Assembly (NCBI GenBank): GCA_043813585.1
Contig: JBDRKW010000020.1
Location: 1,185-65,184 of the forward strand
Direction: 5' to 3'
Source: Candidatus Kerfeldbacteria bacterium
Lineage (GTDB): Bacteria > Patescibacteriota > Patescibacteriia > UBA9570 > XYC2-FULL-38-9
DNA: 64,000 nucleotides
The notes beneath the pieces are model-generated. The model was not told where the DNA came from. It saw only the letters and a list, made by a program, of their open reading frames with translations, and did not search any database. Below are positions 55,779 through 64,000 of this stretch, piece by piece (the stretch's first letter is position 1; each line of letters begins with the position of its first letter). Both the position numbers and the translations under genes were made by a program.

Positions 55779-57053
55779 ATGGATACATTTGTCATCAACG
55801 GAGGCACACAGCTAAAAGGTGAATTGCGCGTAAACGGGGCAAAAAACCACGCGTTGAAGTTGATTCCCGCAGCTTTTCTGACAGCTGAGGAAACAATTAT
55901 TCAGAATGTGCCGAACATCGAAGATGTGGCACGAATGCTAGAAATTGTAGAGAAGATCGGCGGCACGGTCAAGCATCAGGATGAGCACACGGTTGCACTT
56001 ACGCCGCCGCGGGAATTTGACGGGAGGCTGCCTGAAGACCTCGTTCCAACGCTGCGCGCATCCATTGTGTTGCTTGGTCCGGTGCTTGCGCGGTATGACG
56101 CAGTGCGTCTGCCGCTGCCTGGCGGCGATAATATCGGCAAACGGCCGATTAATTTCTTTTTAGATGGGTTTGAGGCGCTTGGCGCAACTGTTAAGGAGGA
56201 AAAAGAGACATATGTATTCACTGCGCCTAACGGATTGCAGGGAGCAACGATTGTCTTTCCGCGAATTACCGTAACAGGGACAGAAACATTGATGATGGCT
56301 GCTACTCTGGCAACAGGAACGACTATTCTGCGCAATGCAGCCTGCGAGCCGGAGATAGAAGCTCTGGCAGAATATTTAAACAGCGTCGGAGCCGATATTT
56401 CCGGCGGAGGAACGCATACCATCACCATAAACGGCACCGACAGGATCAGCGGCGGAACTGCCACCGTTATTCCCGATAGGATCGAAGCCGGCTCATTCGT
56501 GCTCATGGCAGCTGCTACGCGAAGCAAATTAACAATAACCAATTGCGATCCGACGCATCTGGAAATCCCGCTTGCGCTTCTGAACGAAATGGGAATACAA
56601 ACGGAGACAACTGCAGAGTCGATTGCAATTACGAACATTGCAGATACTATCCAGCCGCTTGACCTGGTAACGCATGAATACCCCGGCTTTCCGACAGACC
56701 TGCAGGCTCCGATGGCCGTTCTGCTCACGCAGGCAACCGGTGAGAGTAATGTGCGCGAGACGATATACGATGGCCGTCTGCTCTATGTAGACATGCTCAA
56801 TAGCATGGGCACGAATATTAAAATGATTGACCCGTATCGCGCGACTATTACCGGTCCAACACCGCTTCACGGCATGAATGTCGCCAGCCCGGATATTCGA
56901 GCCGGCATTGCCATGGTTATTGCGGGGCTGCTTGCAGAAGGAACTACAACGATTGATCACATTTATCAAATTGACAGAGGATATGAAACCATCGAGAAGC
57001 GACTACAGTCCGTCGGTGCGCAAATCAAGCGTGTCGGGCAGGAGTATGTATAA
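55779..57053 (+). CDS. murA: UDP-N-acetylglucosamine 1-carboxyvinyltransferase, Asp variant
   Basis: GAKN, LRAS, PGGDNIGKRP, PDRIEAG, PGFPTDLQ, IDRGYE. Confidence 0.95.
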   Translation: MDTFVINGGTQLKGELRVNGAKNHALKLIPAAFLTAEETIIQNVPNIEDVARMLEIVEKIGGTVKHQDEHTVALTPPREFDGRLPEDLVPTLRASIVLLGPVLARYDAVRLPLPGGDNIGKRPINFFLDGFEALGATVKEEKETYVFTAPNGLQGATIVFPRITVTGTETLMMAATLATGTTILRNAACEPEIEALAEYLNSVGADISGGGTHTITINGTDRISGGTATVIPDRIEAGSFVLMAAATRSKLTITNCDPTHLEIPLALLNEMGIQTETTAESIAITNIADTIQPLDLVTHEYPGFPTDLQAPMAVLLTQATGESNVRETIYDGRLLYVDMLNSMGTNIKMIDPYRATITGPTPLHGMNVASPDIRAGIAMVIAGLLAEGTTTIDHIYQIDRGYETIEKRLQSVGAQIKRVGQEYV

Positions 57054-58356
57054 TTCGGCGCAGGGGACCCCGCAGCCATCACGGACGCTGTTTATAACAG
57101 TGGTTATGATTATCGTATTAATTGTCGGAGTTGGTATTGGCTATGGAATGTCCTCATATGACTTCTCAACTAACGGTTCAGGCAGATTCCTTGGTTTGGA
57201 CCGTGGAACTGACCACAGCTCTGAAGAAGCCAATTTTAGATTATTTTGGGATGTCTGGGACGAAGTTGTCCAGCGTCATGTCGACCAGCCGGTAAACCAG
57301 GCCGATATGTTGTACGGTGCGATCGCAGGCATGGTTGCAGGTGTTGGTGATCCTTATTCTAGCTATTTTGATCCGGAGCAGTCAGAAAAATTCCTAAGCG
57401 AGATCAACGGAAGTTTCGAAGGTATTGGCGCAGAAATCGGAATCAAGGACGATGTATTAACAGTAATCGCGCCGCTGCCCGGCTCTCCCGCCGAACTAGC
57501 CGGACTGATGGCAGGCGATAGAATACTGGCTATAGACGGCCTTGATACCACATTCATGTCCCTGAACCTTGCGGTGCAGACGATCCGGGGAGAGCAGGGA
57601 ACGACTGTCATGCTCACTATCGAACGCAAAGGTGAAGACAAACCATTAGATATTGAAATCACGCGCAACGTGATCCAGATCGTCAGCGTTGAATGGGAAA
57701 TGATTGAACAGGATGATGCGCGCATAGCGATGATAACGGTTTCGCATTTTAACAGCGATACTGCTGCAGCGTTTAAAGAAGCTGTCAATGAAGTGATTCT
57801 TCAGCAGCCGGACGGCCTTATTCTGGATTTGCGCAATAACGTGGGCGGGTTTCTGGATGCCTCAATCCAGATAGCATCACAATTCATAGAAGAAGGCAAT
57901 GTGGTCGTGTATGAGCAGGATAGCCAGAATGAACTCAAACCATATTTTGCAGAAGGGGTATCTCCGCTGAATAGTATCAACACAGTTGTCATGATTAATG
58001 GCGGGTCGGCTTCTGCGTCAGAGATTCTTGCCGGAGCGTTGCAGGACTATGAGCATGCGATTTTGGTGGGAACAACATCGTTCGGAAAAGGAACAGTGCA
58101 GGATTTTCAAACCTTTGAAGATGGATCATCTCTTAAACTGACCGTTTCCCGCTGGCTGACCCCGTATGAAAATCTTATCGAAGAAATTGGCATTGCTCCG
58201 GATTATTATGTAGATCGTACGGCCGAGGATTTCTCTCTGGATCTCGACCCGCAGCTTGACGCAGCCGTTCTCTATTTCTCTGACGTTGTGGCATTCACAG
58301 CGAGCACGCCAACAGAAGTTCCGGAAGAGGAAACTAGCGAAGATAACAACAATTAA
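57046..58356 (+). CDS. ctpA: S41 family carboxy-terminal processing protease
   Basis: DPYS, PDZ GIGAEI, LDLRNN.GG, SASASEI, FGKGTVQ; start placed at ATG 57046. Confidence 0.9.
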   Translation: MYNSAQGTPQPSRTLFITVVMIIVLIVGVGIGYGMSSYDFSTNGSGRFLGLDRGTDHSSEEANFRLFWDVWDEVVQRHVDQPVNQADMLYGAIAGMVAGVGDPYSSYFDPEQSEKFLSEINGSFEGIGAEIGIKDDVLTVIAPLPGSPAELAGLMAGDRILAIDGLDTTFMSLNLAVQTIRGEQGTTVMLTIERKGEDKPLDIEITRNVIQIVSVEWEMIEQDDARIAMITVSHFNSDTAAAFKEAVNEVILQQPDGLILDLRNNVGGFLDASIQIASQFIEEGNVVVYEQDSQNELKPYFAEGVSPLNSINTVVMINGGSASASEILAGALQDYEHAILVGTTSFGKGTVQDFQTFEDGSSLKLTVSRWLTPYENLIEEIGIAPDYYVDRTAEDFSLDLDPQLDAAVLYFSDVVAFTASTPTEVPEEETSEDNNN

Positions 58357-58371
58357 TAACTGAACACGCAT

Positions 58372-58794
58372 ATGAAAGTTATCATGAACGACACCGGAGA
58401 GGTTACAAACGTTGCCGAGGGGCATGCGCGCAACTATCTCCTACCCAAGAAACTGGCAGTCATCGCAACAGACGCGGCAATAAAGGAAGCTGAGCGAACG
58501 CAGGCGGAAAAAAAGACAAAGGAACAAGCAACGCAGTCAGAGTTAACAGAAGCTGCAGAGAAGATCAATGGCCAGACACTATCCCTTAAAGCGCAGGCAA
58601 ATGAAGACGGCACGCTCTTTGGGGCTGTTCAGGAATCTGCTATAATCGACTTATTGAAGGAGCAAGGACATGTTGTCGAAGCGAATTGGCTATCAATAGC
58701 GGAACCGGTAAAAAAGACCGGTAAGCATGAAATAACAGTCACATTCCCTAACGGCGCATCAGCGACCTTCACGCTAAGCGTTTCAAACGAATAA
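58372..58794 (+). CDS. rplI: 50S ribosomal protein L9
   Basis: MKVI..GEV..V.EGHARNYLLPKKLA, GTLFGAV, P.KKTG.H. Confidence 0.9.
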   Translation: MKVIMNDTGEVTNVAEGHARNYLLPKKLAVIATDAAIKEAERTQAEKKTKEQATQSELTEAAEKINGQTLSLKAQANEDGTLFGAVQESAIIDLLKEQGHVVEANWLSIAEPVKKTGKHEITVTFPNGASATFTLSVSNE

Positions 58795-58798
58795 ACAT

Positions 58799-60505
58799 AT
58801 GGTAAAAAATCCAAAATACATTTTTGTTGTTGGCGGCGTAATGTCAGGCGTGGGCAAAGGCGTTTCCACTGCATCGATTGCGATGATTCTCAAGTCAAAG
58901 GGGTATACCGTCACTGCGATAAAGTCGGATGCGTATATTAACGTGGACGCCGGCACAATGAATCCCACGGAGCACGGCGAGGTGTTTGTGACTGATGACG
59001 GCGATGAGACTGACCAGGATATCGGCAACTACGAGCGCTTTATTGAACAGAATATTACGTCGGAAAATTACATGACAACAGGCCGCGTCTACCAGACCGT
59101 CATCGACCGCGAGCGAAATCTCGAATATAACGGCAAATGCGTTGAAGTCGTGCCGCACATACCGGAAGAGATCATTCGCCGCATTAAGCTGGCTCAGCGC
59201 AAGAATAAGGCGGAGATATGCGTGATAGAGATTGGCGGCACAGTCGGCGAGTACCAAAACATTTTATTCCTGGAAGCTGCGCGCATGCTAAAGAGCAAGA
59301 ACCCGGATGATGTCGCTTTTGTATTGGTCAGCTATCTCCCGATTCCGTCGCACCTGGGAGAGATGAAAACCAAGCCGACGCAGCATGCAGTGCGGCTTAT
59401 GAACGAAGCCGGCCTGCAGCCTGATTTTATTATTGCGAGAGGGGAACAGGCGCTGGACACAGTGCGCAAGAAAAAGCTGGCGCAGTTCTGCAGCGTTGAC
59501 CCCGGCCATCTCATTTCCGCACCGGACGCGGATTCCATTTATGAAGTTCCCGCGATTTTTGAGAAGCAGCAGCTCGGCAATGAGCTTCTCGATGCTCTTA
59601 TGTTGAAGCCGAAAAAAATCGATCCGAAAAAAAACCGCGTGAACGAAATGAAAAAATTGGTCCGCACCATTAAAGGGGTAAACAAAAAAGTGCGCATTGC
59701 GGTTGTCGGCAAATATTTTCATATTGGCGAGTATGTACTGTCAGATTCGTACATTTCGGTTATCGAAGCGCTGAAACATGCATCCTGGCATTTCAAGCAT
59801 GAGCCTGAGCTTGAATGGCTGGATTCCGAAGTTTATGAAAAAGACAAACGCAAACTGAAAGAGCTGTCCAAGTTCGACGGCGTGCTCATTCCGGGCGGTT
59901 TTGGGTCGCGCGGAGTCGAAGGAAAAATGCTCGCGATCCAGTACGTGCGCGAGAATAAAATTCCATACTTCGGCCTGTGCTACGGCATGCAGCTGGCATC
60001 GATTGAAGTTGCGCGCAATGTCGCCGGCCTGAAAGGCGCAAACACTGTAGAGATCGACGAAGATCCGAAGCATCCAATAATCATCGTCAACCCGAACCAG
60101 AAAAAAAATATCCAGGAAAAACACTTCGGCGGAACGCTCCGTCTTGGCGCATATGATTGCGCGCTGCTCAAAGGCTCCAAAGCACGGGCTGCATACGGGA
60201 AAGACAGGATTTCAGAGCGCCACCGCCATCGGTATGAATTCAACAACAAGTATCTTGATCGGCTGAAGAAAGCCGGCTTGATCGTCTCCGGTGTTAATCC
60301 GCAGCAGGACCTTGCAGAAATTGTAGAGCTTAAGGGTCATCCTTGGTTTGTCGGCACGCAGTTCCATCCGGAGTTCCTGTCCCGTCCGCTGGATCCGCAT
60401 CCTTTGTTCAAAGGATTTATTAAGGCTTCAATCGCCAATCATGAGTTGTCTGCAAAGAAGCCGGCGCCAAAGAAGAAGCGCAAAACGACAGCCAAGAAGA
60501 AATAA
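58799..60505 (+). CDS. pyrG: CTP synthase
   Basis: GGVMSGVGKG, EHGEVFVT.DG, KTKPTQH, PGGFG.RG, CYGMQ, ERHRHRYE, QFHPEF. Confidence 0.97.
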   Translation: MVKNPKYIFVVGGVMSGVGKGVSTASIAMILKSKGYTVTAIKSDAYINVDAGTMNPTEHGEVFVTDDGDETDQDIGNYERFIEQNITSENYMTTGRVYQTVIDRERNLEYNGKCVEVVPHIPEEIIRRIKLAQRKNKAEICVIEIGGTVGEYQNILFLEAARMLKSKNPDDVAFVLVSYLPIPSHLGEMKTKPTQHAVRLMNEAGLQPDFIIARGEQALDTVRKKKLAQFCSVDPGHLISAPDADSIYEVPAIFEKQQLGNELLDALMLKPKKIDPKKNRVNEMKKLVRTIKGVNKKVRIAVVGKYFHIGEYVLSDSYISVIEALKHASWHFKHEPELEWLDSEVYEKDKRKLKELSKFDGVLIPGGFGSRGVEGKMLAIQYVRENKIPYFGLCYGMQLASIEVARNVAGLKGANTVEIDEDPKHPIIIVNPNQKKNIQEKHFGGTLRLGAYDCALLKGSKARAAYGKDRISERHRHRYEFNNKYLDRLKKAGLIVSGVNPQQDLAEIVELKGHPWFVGTQFHPEFLSRPLDPHPLFKGFIKASIANHELSAKKPAPKKKRKTTAKKK

Positions 60506-60508
60506 ACT

Positions 60509-60535
60509 AAAAACCGCGCATCAAGCGCGGTTTTT
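60509..60535. terminator. Bidirectional terminator
   Basis: AAAAACCGCGC-ATCAA-GCGCGGTTTTT between convergent pyrG and rpmA. Confidence 0.9.
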
Positions 60536-60548
60536 GAACTATTGAGTA

Positions 60549-60827
60549 TTACGCTTCAACAACAGAGACAACCTTCACCTGTTTGAGCTTTCCGGTAAAC
60601 CGGCTCATTTTTTTTGCGGTAAATTTCACAATACCTTTTCTGGTTGCACAGATCGTATCGTCTTTGCAGAGGTTTGTGCCCGGGCCGGGCCGGAATTTCG
60701 TACCGCGTTGGCGAATAATAATATTTCCGGGGATCACGGTTTGACCGCCGAACTTCTTCACACCAAGACGTTTTGATGCTGAATCGCGGCCGAGGTTTGT
60801 CGATCCGCCTGCTTTTGTATGCGCCAT
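60549..60827 (-). CDS. rpmA: 50S ribosomal protein L27
   Basis: [30 protein letters not shown]. Confidence 0.97.
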   Translation of the reverse strand: MAHTKAGGSTNLGRDSASKRLGVKKFGGQTVIPGNIIIRQRGTKFRPGPGTNLCKDDTICATRKGIVKFTAKKMSRFTGKLKQVKVVSVVEA

Positions 60828-60882
60828 ATCGTTATACTATGAATTTCAAGCAGAATGATACTACCAAGCAGCCAGAAAAACG

Positions 60883-62409
60883 TCAAGGTTGTGAGCGGCG
60901 TGCGATTCGAACTGCCTCTTCTATGCTTGTCAGGCCGTGCTTCGCCTTTAAAAGCGCATCTTCAGCTACGGTACGTCGATCCGGTTCATCCACAAGCGTT
61001 GCATGCTCTGATACTGCAAATACGCCCAAAGAACCGTAATATCCGGTATTTTCGCACCGCGCGCACCCTGATCCCGTGTAAAACACCAAATCGTTCAGCG
61101 TCTGTTCATGAGAAAGCTCTCCGCAATCGCGCAGCAGCTGCTTTAACTGCCGTCTTCCGTATGCCTTTTCAAGCGCTGAAATCTGCTCAGCTGAAGGATG
61201 AATGGAAATTCGGCATTCTTCGCAAACTGCGCGCACCAGCCGCTGGCTAACAGTCAGATGCAACGCCGCATTAATCATCTCTGCGGTTGCACCATTGTCT
61301 TCCAGCGTAAAGAATGCTTCATTGCCGTTCGGTTGCTCCATGCCTGCGACCACTAATCCGGAATGCACCGCATATTGAAGCACCCGCACCATCGCTTTTG
61401 GGTCGCGAAGCGGATCGATCACAATAATGTCCTGATCCTGGTCCAATGCCGTTGCCGCAGCCGCCTCCTCGCTCAAACCGCCGGGCTGGCTGATCTGCAC
61501 CTGTGTCGCGCCTCCAAGCCGGGCCTCCGCATAATGCTCCAGCACGGTAATGGCGACGGACGGCGATGTCATTATCCGCACCATGGTATACAGCGTCGTT
61601 GTCACGCCTGAACCAGCCGGTCCTGTGACGATAATCATTCCGTCAGGCCGCTCAAGCGCCTGCTCGACTGCGCATGCCTGCCGTTCTGACATACCAAGTT
61701 GTTGCAATGACTGGAAGCTGCGCGAACCGTATTCAATTTTCAATACAGCCGACTCCATTGGGCCGGAACCATATACTGAAAGGCGCATATTAACCGTTTT
61801 GCCGGCTAATGTCGTGTCGAATACTGCCGTTTGCGTCGCGGAAGAGCTGTTCAGCGGCAAGCGTGCGAGCGATTTAAGGTGGCCAAGCAATATCGCGTGA
61901 ATAGAGATAGGAAGCCTCGTTACGTCAAACAACTCACCTTGTATCCGGTAACGGACATGGATAGTGTCCTCGTTTGGTTCAATATGAATCGAAGATGCGT
62001 TGCGAAAAATTCCATACGCGAATAAATCGTCAATTAATCCCTGAATAGCCCCTTCAGCTACAATTCGCTGTAATTCAGTTAAGCCGGTGGAGGAGTTAAG
62101 ATCAAGTGGGGACCCGCTAAGATCGCGCGCTGCGTGGTCAAGTGCTGAATAGTAGCTGTTTCGCAGGCGCTCCAGATGCGGACGCGGCGCATGGATAAAC
62201 TCCGGTTTCAGCCCGGTCCGTTCCTGGAGAAAATCACCGTGTACCATCGTCTCCGGGTTTTCAGTGGCCACCACAACCCGTTTTCTCTTGTTATCAACGT
62301 CTACTACGACAAAGTCGTCCGTATGCAGGAGTGAAAACTGCGCTTCACCCGTCAACATGTTCTCTGACGGGTAGTCGTCAATTGAAAATTCTTTTTTCTT
62401 CTCTGCCAT
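60883..62409 (-). CDS. GspE/PilB family ATPase homolog with degenerate catalytic motifs
   Basis: ASSIHIEP, VRYRI.G.L, GPAGSGVTTTLY, SQRLVR.VC..C, G.GC..C..TGY.G. Confidence 0.85.
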   Translation of the reverse strand: MAEKKKEFSIDDYPSENMLTGEAQFSLLHTDDFVVVDVDNKRKRVVVATENPETMVHGDFLQERTGLKPEFIHAPRPHLERLRNSYYSALDHAARDLSGSPLDLNSSTGLTELQRIVAEGAIQGLIDDLFAYGIFRNASSIHIEPNEDTIHVRYRIQGELFDVTRLPISIHAILLGHLKSLARLPLNSSSATQTAVFDTTLAGKTVNMRLSVYGSGPMESAVLKIEYGSRSFQSLQQLGMSERQACAVEQALERPDGMIIVTGPAGSGVTTTLYTMVRIMTSPSVAITVLEHYAEARLGGATQVQISQPGGLSEEAAAATALDQDQDIIVIDPLRDPKAMVRVLQYAVHSGLVVAGMEQPNGNEAFFTLEDNGATAEMINAALHLTVSQRLVRAVCEECRISIHPSAEQISALEKAYGRRQLKQLLRDCGELSHEQTLNDLVFYTGSGCARCENTGYYGSLGVFAVSEHATLVDEPDRRTVAEDALLKAKHGLTSIEEAVRIARRSQP

Positions 62410-62497
62410 GGAAACAGCATACCATTGAACAAAGGAGAAATAAAGGTTAGCCATATCGCATGGACGGGCAGGAAATTCTGTGATATAACAGGTCAAT

Positions 62498-62845
62498 ATG
62501 AAATTAAAACTGATCTCATTTGATCGCGTTTCAGCCGTTCTGCTGGCCGTGGCCTTGGTGTTGAACGCAGGAGCATGGGCCGTTATTCTGTGGAAGCTGC
62601 CGTATACCAGCGACCCCGTGTTTCTTCACTATAATATCTATTTCGGCATTGATCTTACTGGCAGCTGGTATGAATTGCTTTGGATACCCGGCTCCGGATT
62701 GGCTGCACTCGTAATAAATTCGGTTATCATCGTATTAAACAAACGTATGGATGCTGTGGTCAGAATCAGCAGCATGGCTGTAACAGCCTCATTTCAGGCC
62801 ATCCTGCTACTTGCATCTGTGCTCGTAGTATTGTTAAATAAATAG
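62498..62845 (+). CDS. Small 3-TM membrane protein
   Basis: LHYNIYFGID..G.W motif; directly upstream of mraY. Confidence 0.75.
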   Translation: MKLKLISFDRVSAVLLAVALVLNAGAWAVILWKLPYTSDPVFLHYNIYFGIDLTGSWYELLWIPGSGLAALVINSVIIVLNKRMDAVVRISSMAVTASFQAILLLASVLVVLLNK

Positions 62846-62846
62846 T

Positions 62847-63911
62847 ATGGAACTGACATCGATCGCTGTTGTCAAAATATTATTTTTATTTGCGCTGGCT
62901 TTTGTCGTTACATCTGTGTTAACGCCTGTCCTGACGCATTTTTTATATAAATACAAGCTTGGCAAGAGTATCCGGGACGACAATAATAAAACACCGGTAT
63001 TTTCAAAATTACACAAGCACAAAGAGGGGGTACCAACGATGGGAGGCGTACTGATATGGGGTGCGGTTCTGATATTAATTGTCATATTCTATTATTTGCC
63101 AAAGATCATGCCCGGCATTGTTCCGCCGGATTTCAATTTTTTGTCGCGGCCGGAAACATTGCTGCCGCTGGGAGCACTGCTGGCGTCAGCTGCCGTAGGC
63201 CTGATAGATGATATATTCAACGTAAAAAAACTCGGGGTAAACGGAGGCGGACTAACCATGAAGTATCGATTGATGGTATATACCGGCATTGCAATGGTCG
63301 CGGCATACTGGTTTTTCGTCAAACTCGATTGGTCGATCGTGAATGTTCCGTTTTATGGAGCTGTTGATATCGGGTTCTGGGCGATCCCATTTATTATCAT
63401 AGTTATCGTAGCAACATCCTTTTCAGTAAATGAAACAGACGGTCTGGACGGTCTGGCCGGAGGCGTATTGCTGTCCGCGTTTGCTGCGTATGTCGGAATC
63501 GCGTACCTGCTCGGCCGTTATGACCTGGCAACATTCTGTGCGGTCATCTGCGGGGCACTGCTGGCGTTCCTGTGGTTTAATATCCATCCTGCGCGGTTTA
63601 TCATGGGCGATACCGGGTCAATGTCGTTGGGAGTTACTCTTGGAATAGTCGCAATTTTAACGAATACCGTATGGCTGTTGCCGCTTATCGGCTTCATCCT
63701 GGTTATGGAATCCGGTTCGGTAATCCTGCAAATGTGTTCAAAAACACTGCGGAAAGGAAAAAAGCTCTTCTTATCATCGCCGATTCATCATCATTTTGAA
63801 GCAATCGGGTGGGAAGAGCCGAAGATTGTAATGCGGTTCTGGATCATCTCCGCCGTCATGACGGTGATGGGTATGGTGTTCTTTCTTATTGACCGGAACC
63901 TTGCCGGTTAG
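62847..63911 (+). CDS. mraY: Phospho-N-acetylmuramoyl-pentapeptide transferase
   Basis: PTMGG, GLIDD, NETDGLDGL, PA.FIMGDTGS, PIHHHFE.GW.E.KIV.RFW. Confidence 0.95.
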   Translation: MELTSIAVVKILFLFALAFVVTSVLTPVLTHFLYKYKLGKSIRDDNNKTPVFSKLHKHKEGVPTMGGVLIWGAVLILIVIFYYLPKIMPGIVPPDFNFLSRPETLLPLGALLASAAVGLIDDIFNVKKLGVNGGGLTMKYRLMVYTGIAMVAAYWFFVKLDWSIVNVPFYGAVDIGFWAIPFIIIVIVATSFSVNETDGLDGLAGGVLLSAFAAYVGIAYLLGRYDLATFCAVICGALLAFLWFNIHPARFIMGDTGSMSLGVTLGIVAILTNTVWLLPLIGFILVMESGSVILQMCSKTLRKGKKLFLSSPIHHHFEAIGWEEPKIVMRFWIISAVMTVMGMVFFLIDRNLAG

Positions 63912-64000
63912 CTAATACGAGCTCTGGCTGCTGAGGAATGGAATGATTGTAAACACCAGCATCGCTGCAATCGCGATAATACTGATACCGATCCATACCT
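63912..64000 (-). CDS. 3' end of small membrane protein (partial)
   Basis: Open frame ..VWIGISIIAIAAMLVFTIIPFLSSQSSY* running off the window edge. Confidence 0.45.
   Translation of the reverse strand, partial: VWIGISIIAIAAMLVFTIIPFLSSQSSY

Noticed and set aside
56878-57045. Long N-terminal extensions in the ORF track for ctpA (also at 7135, 19251, 36258, 62496)
   Set aside because: They overlap neighbouring genes or promoters; downstream ATGs give normal coupling and domain starts.

Overview
The window looks like chromosome from a Patescibacteria/CPR-type bacterium. This is an inference from the gene set (PEGA protein, FG-GAP-tailed secreted protein, small LHYNIYFGID membrane protein before mraY) and from the general lack of Shine-Dalgarno sites. 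It has three parts. (1) 1-2404: a tandem array of three paralogous, markedly higher-GC, acidic genes. The two complete copies encode predicted lipoproteins with an Asp-rich linker and a MopE-like DxDGDG..DCDD..PGA.E..DxDCDG motif. All three have their own terminator, and the two complete copies have their own sigma70 promoter, a strong SD and a structurally conserved, covarying two-hairpin 5' leader. (2) 2513-54836: a ~52 kb surface-glycan locus with a radical SAM enzyme, Wzy/WaaL, many GT2/GT4/GT-C enzymes, two flippases, UDP-GlcA/Xyl/GalA and dTDP-rhamnose pathways, a PAPS module (sat, DHH, AlkP-family enzyme, cysC), two sulfotransferases, a glycerol-1-phosphate dehydrogenase/NTP-transferase/CDP-alcohol transferase module, and adenosine kinase plus ahcY inserted in the rml operon. 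(3) 54833-64000: housekeeping genes (murA with Cys->Asp, ctpA, rplI, pyrG, rpmA, a catalytically degenerate PilB/GspE, mraY). I recognised no rRNA, tRNA, CRISPR array or transposase. All product calls come from motifs read by eye; no database search was run.
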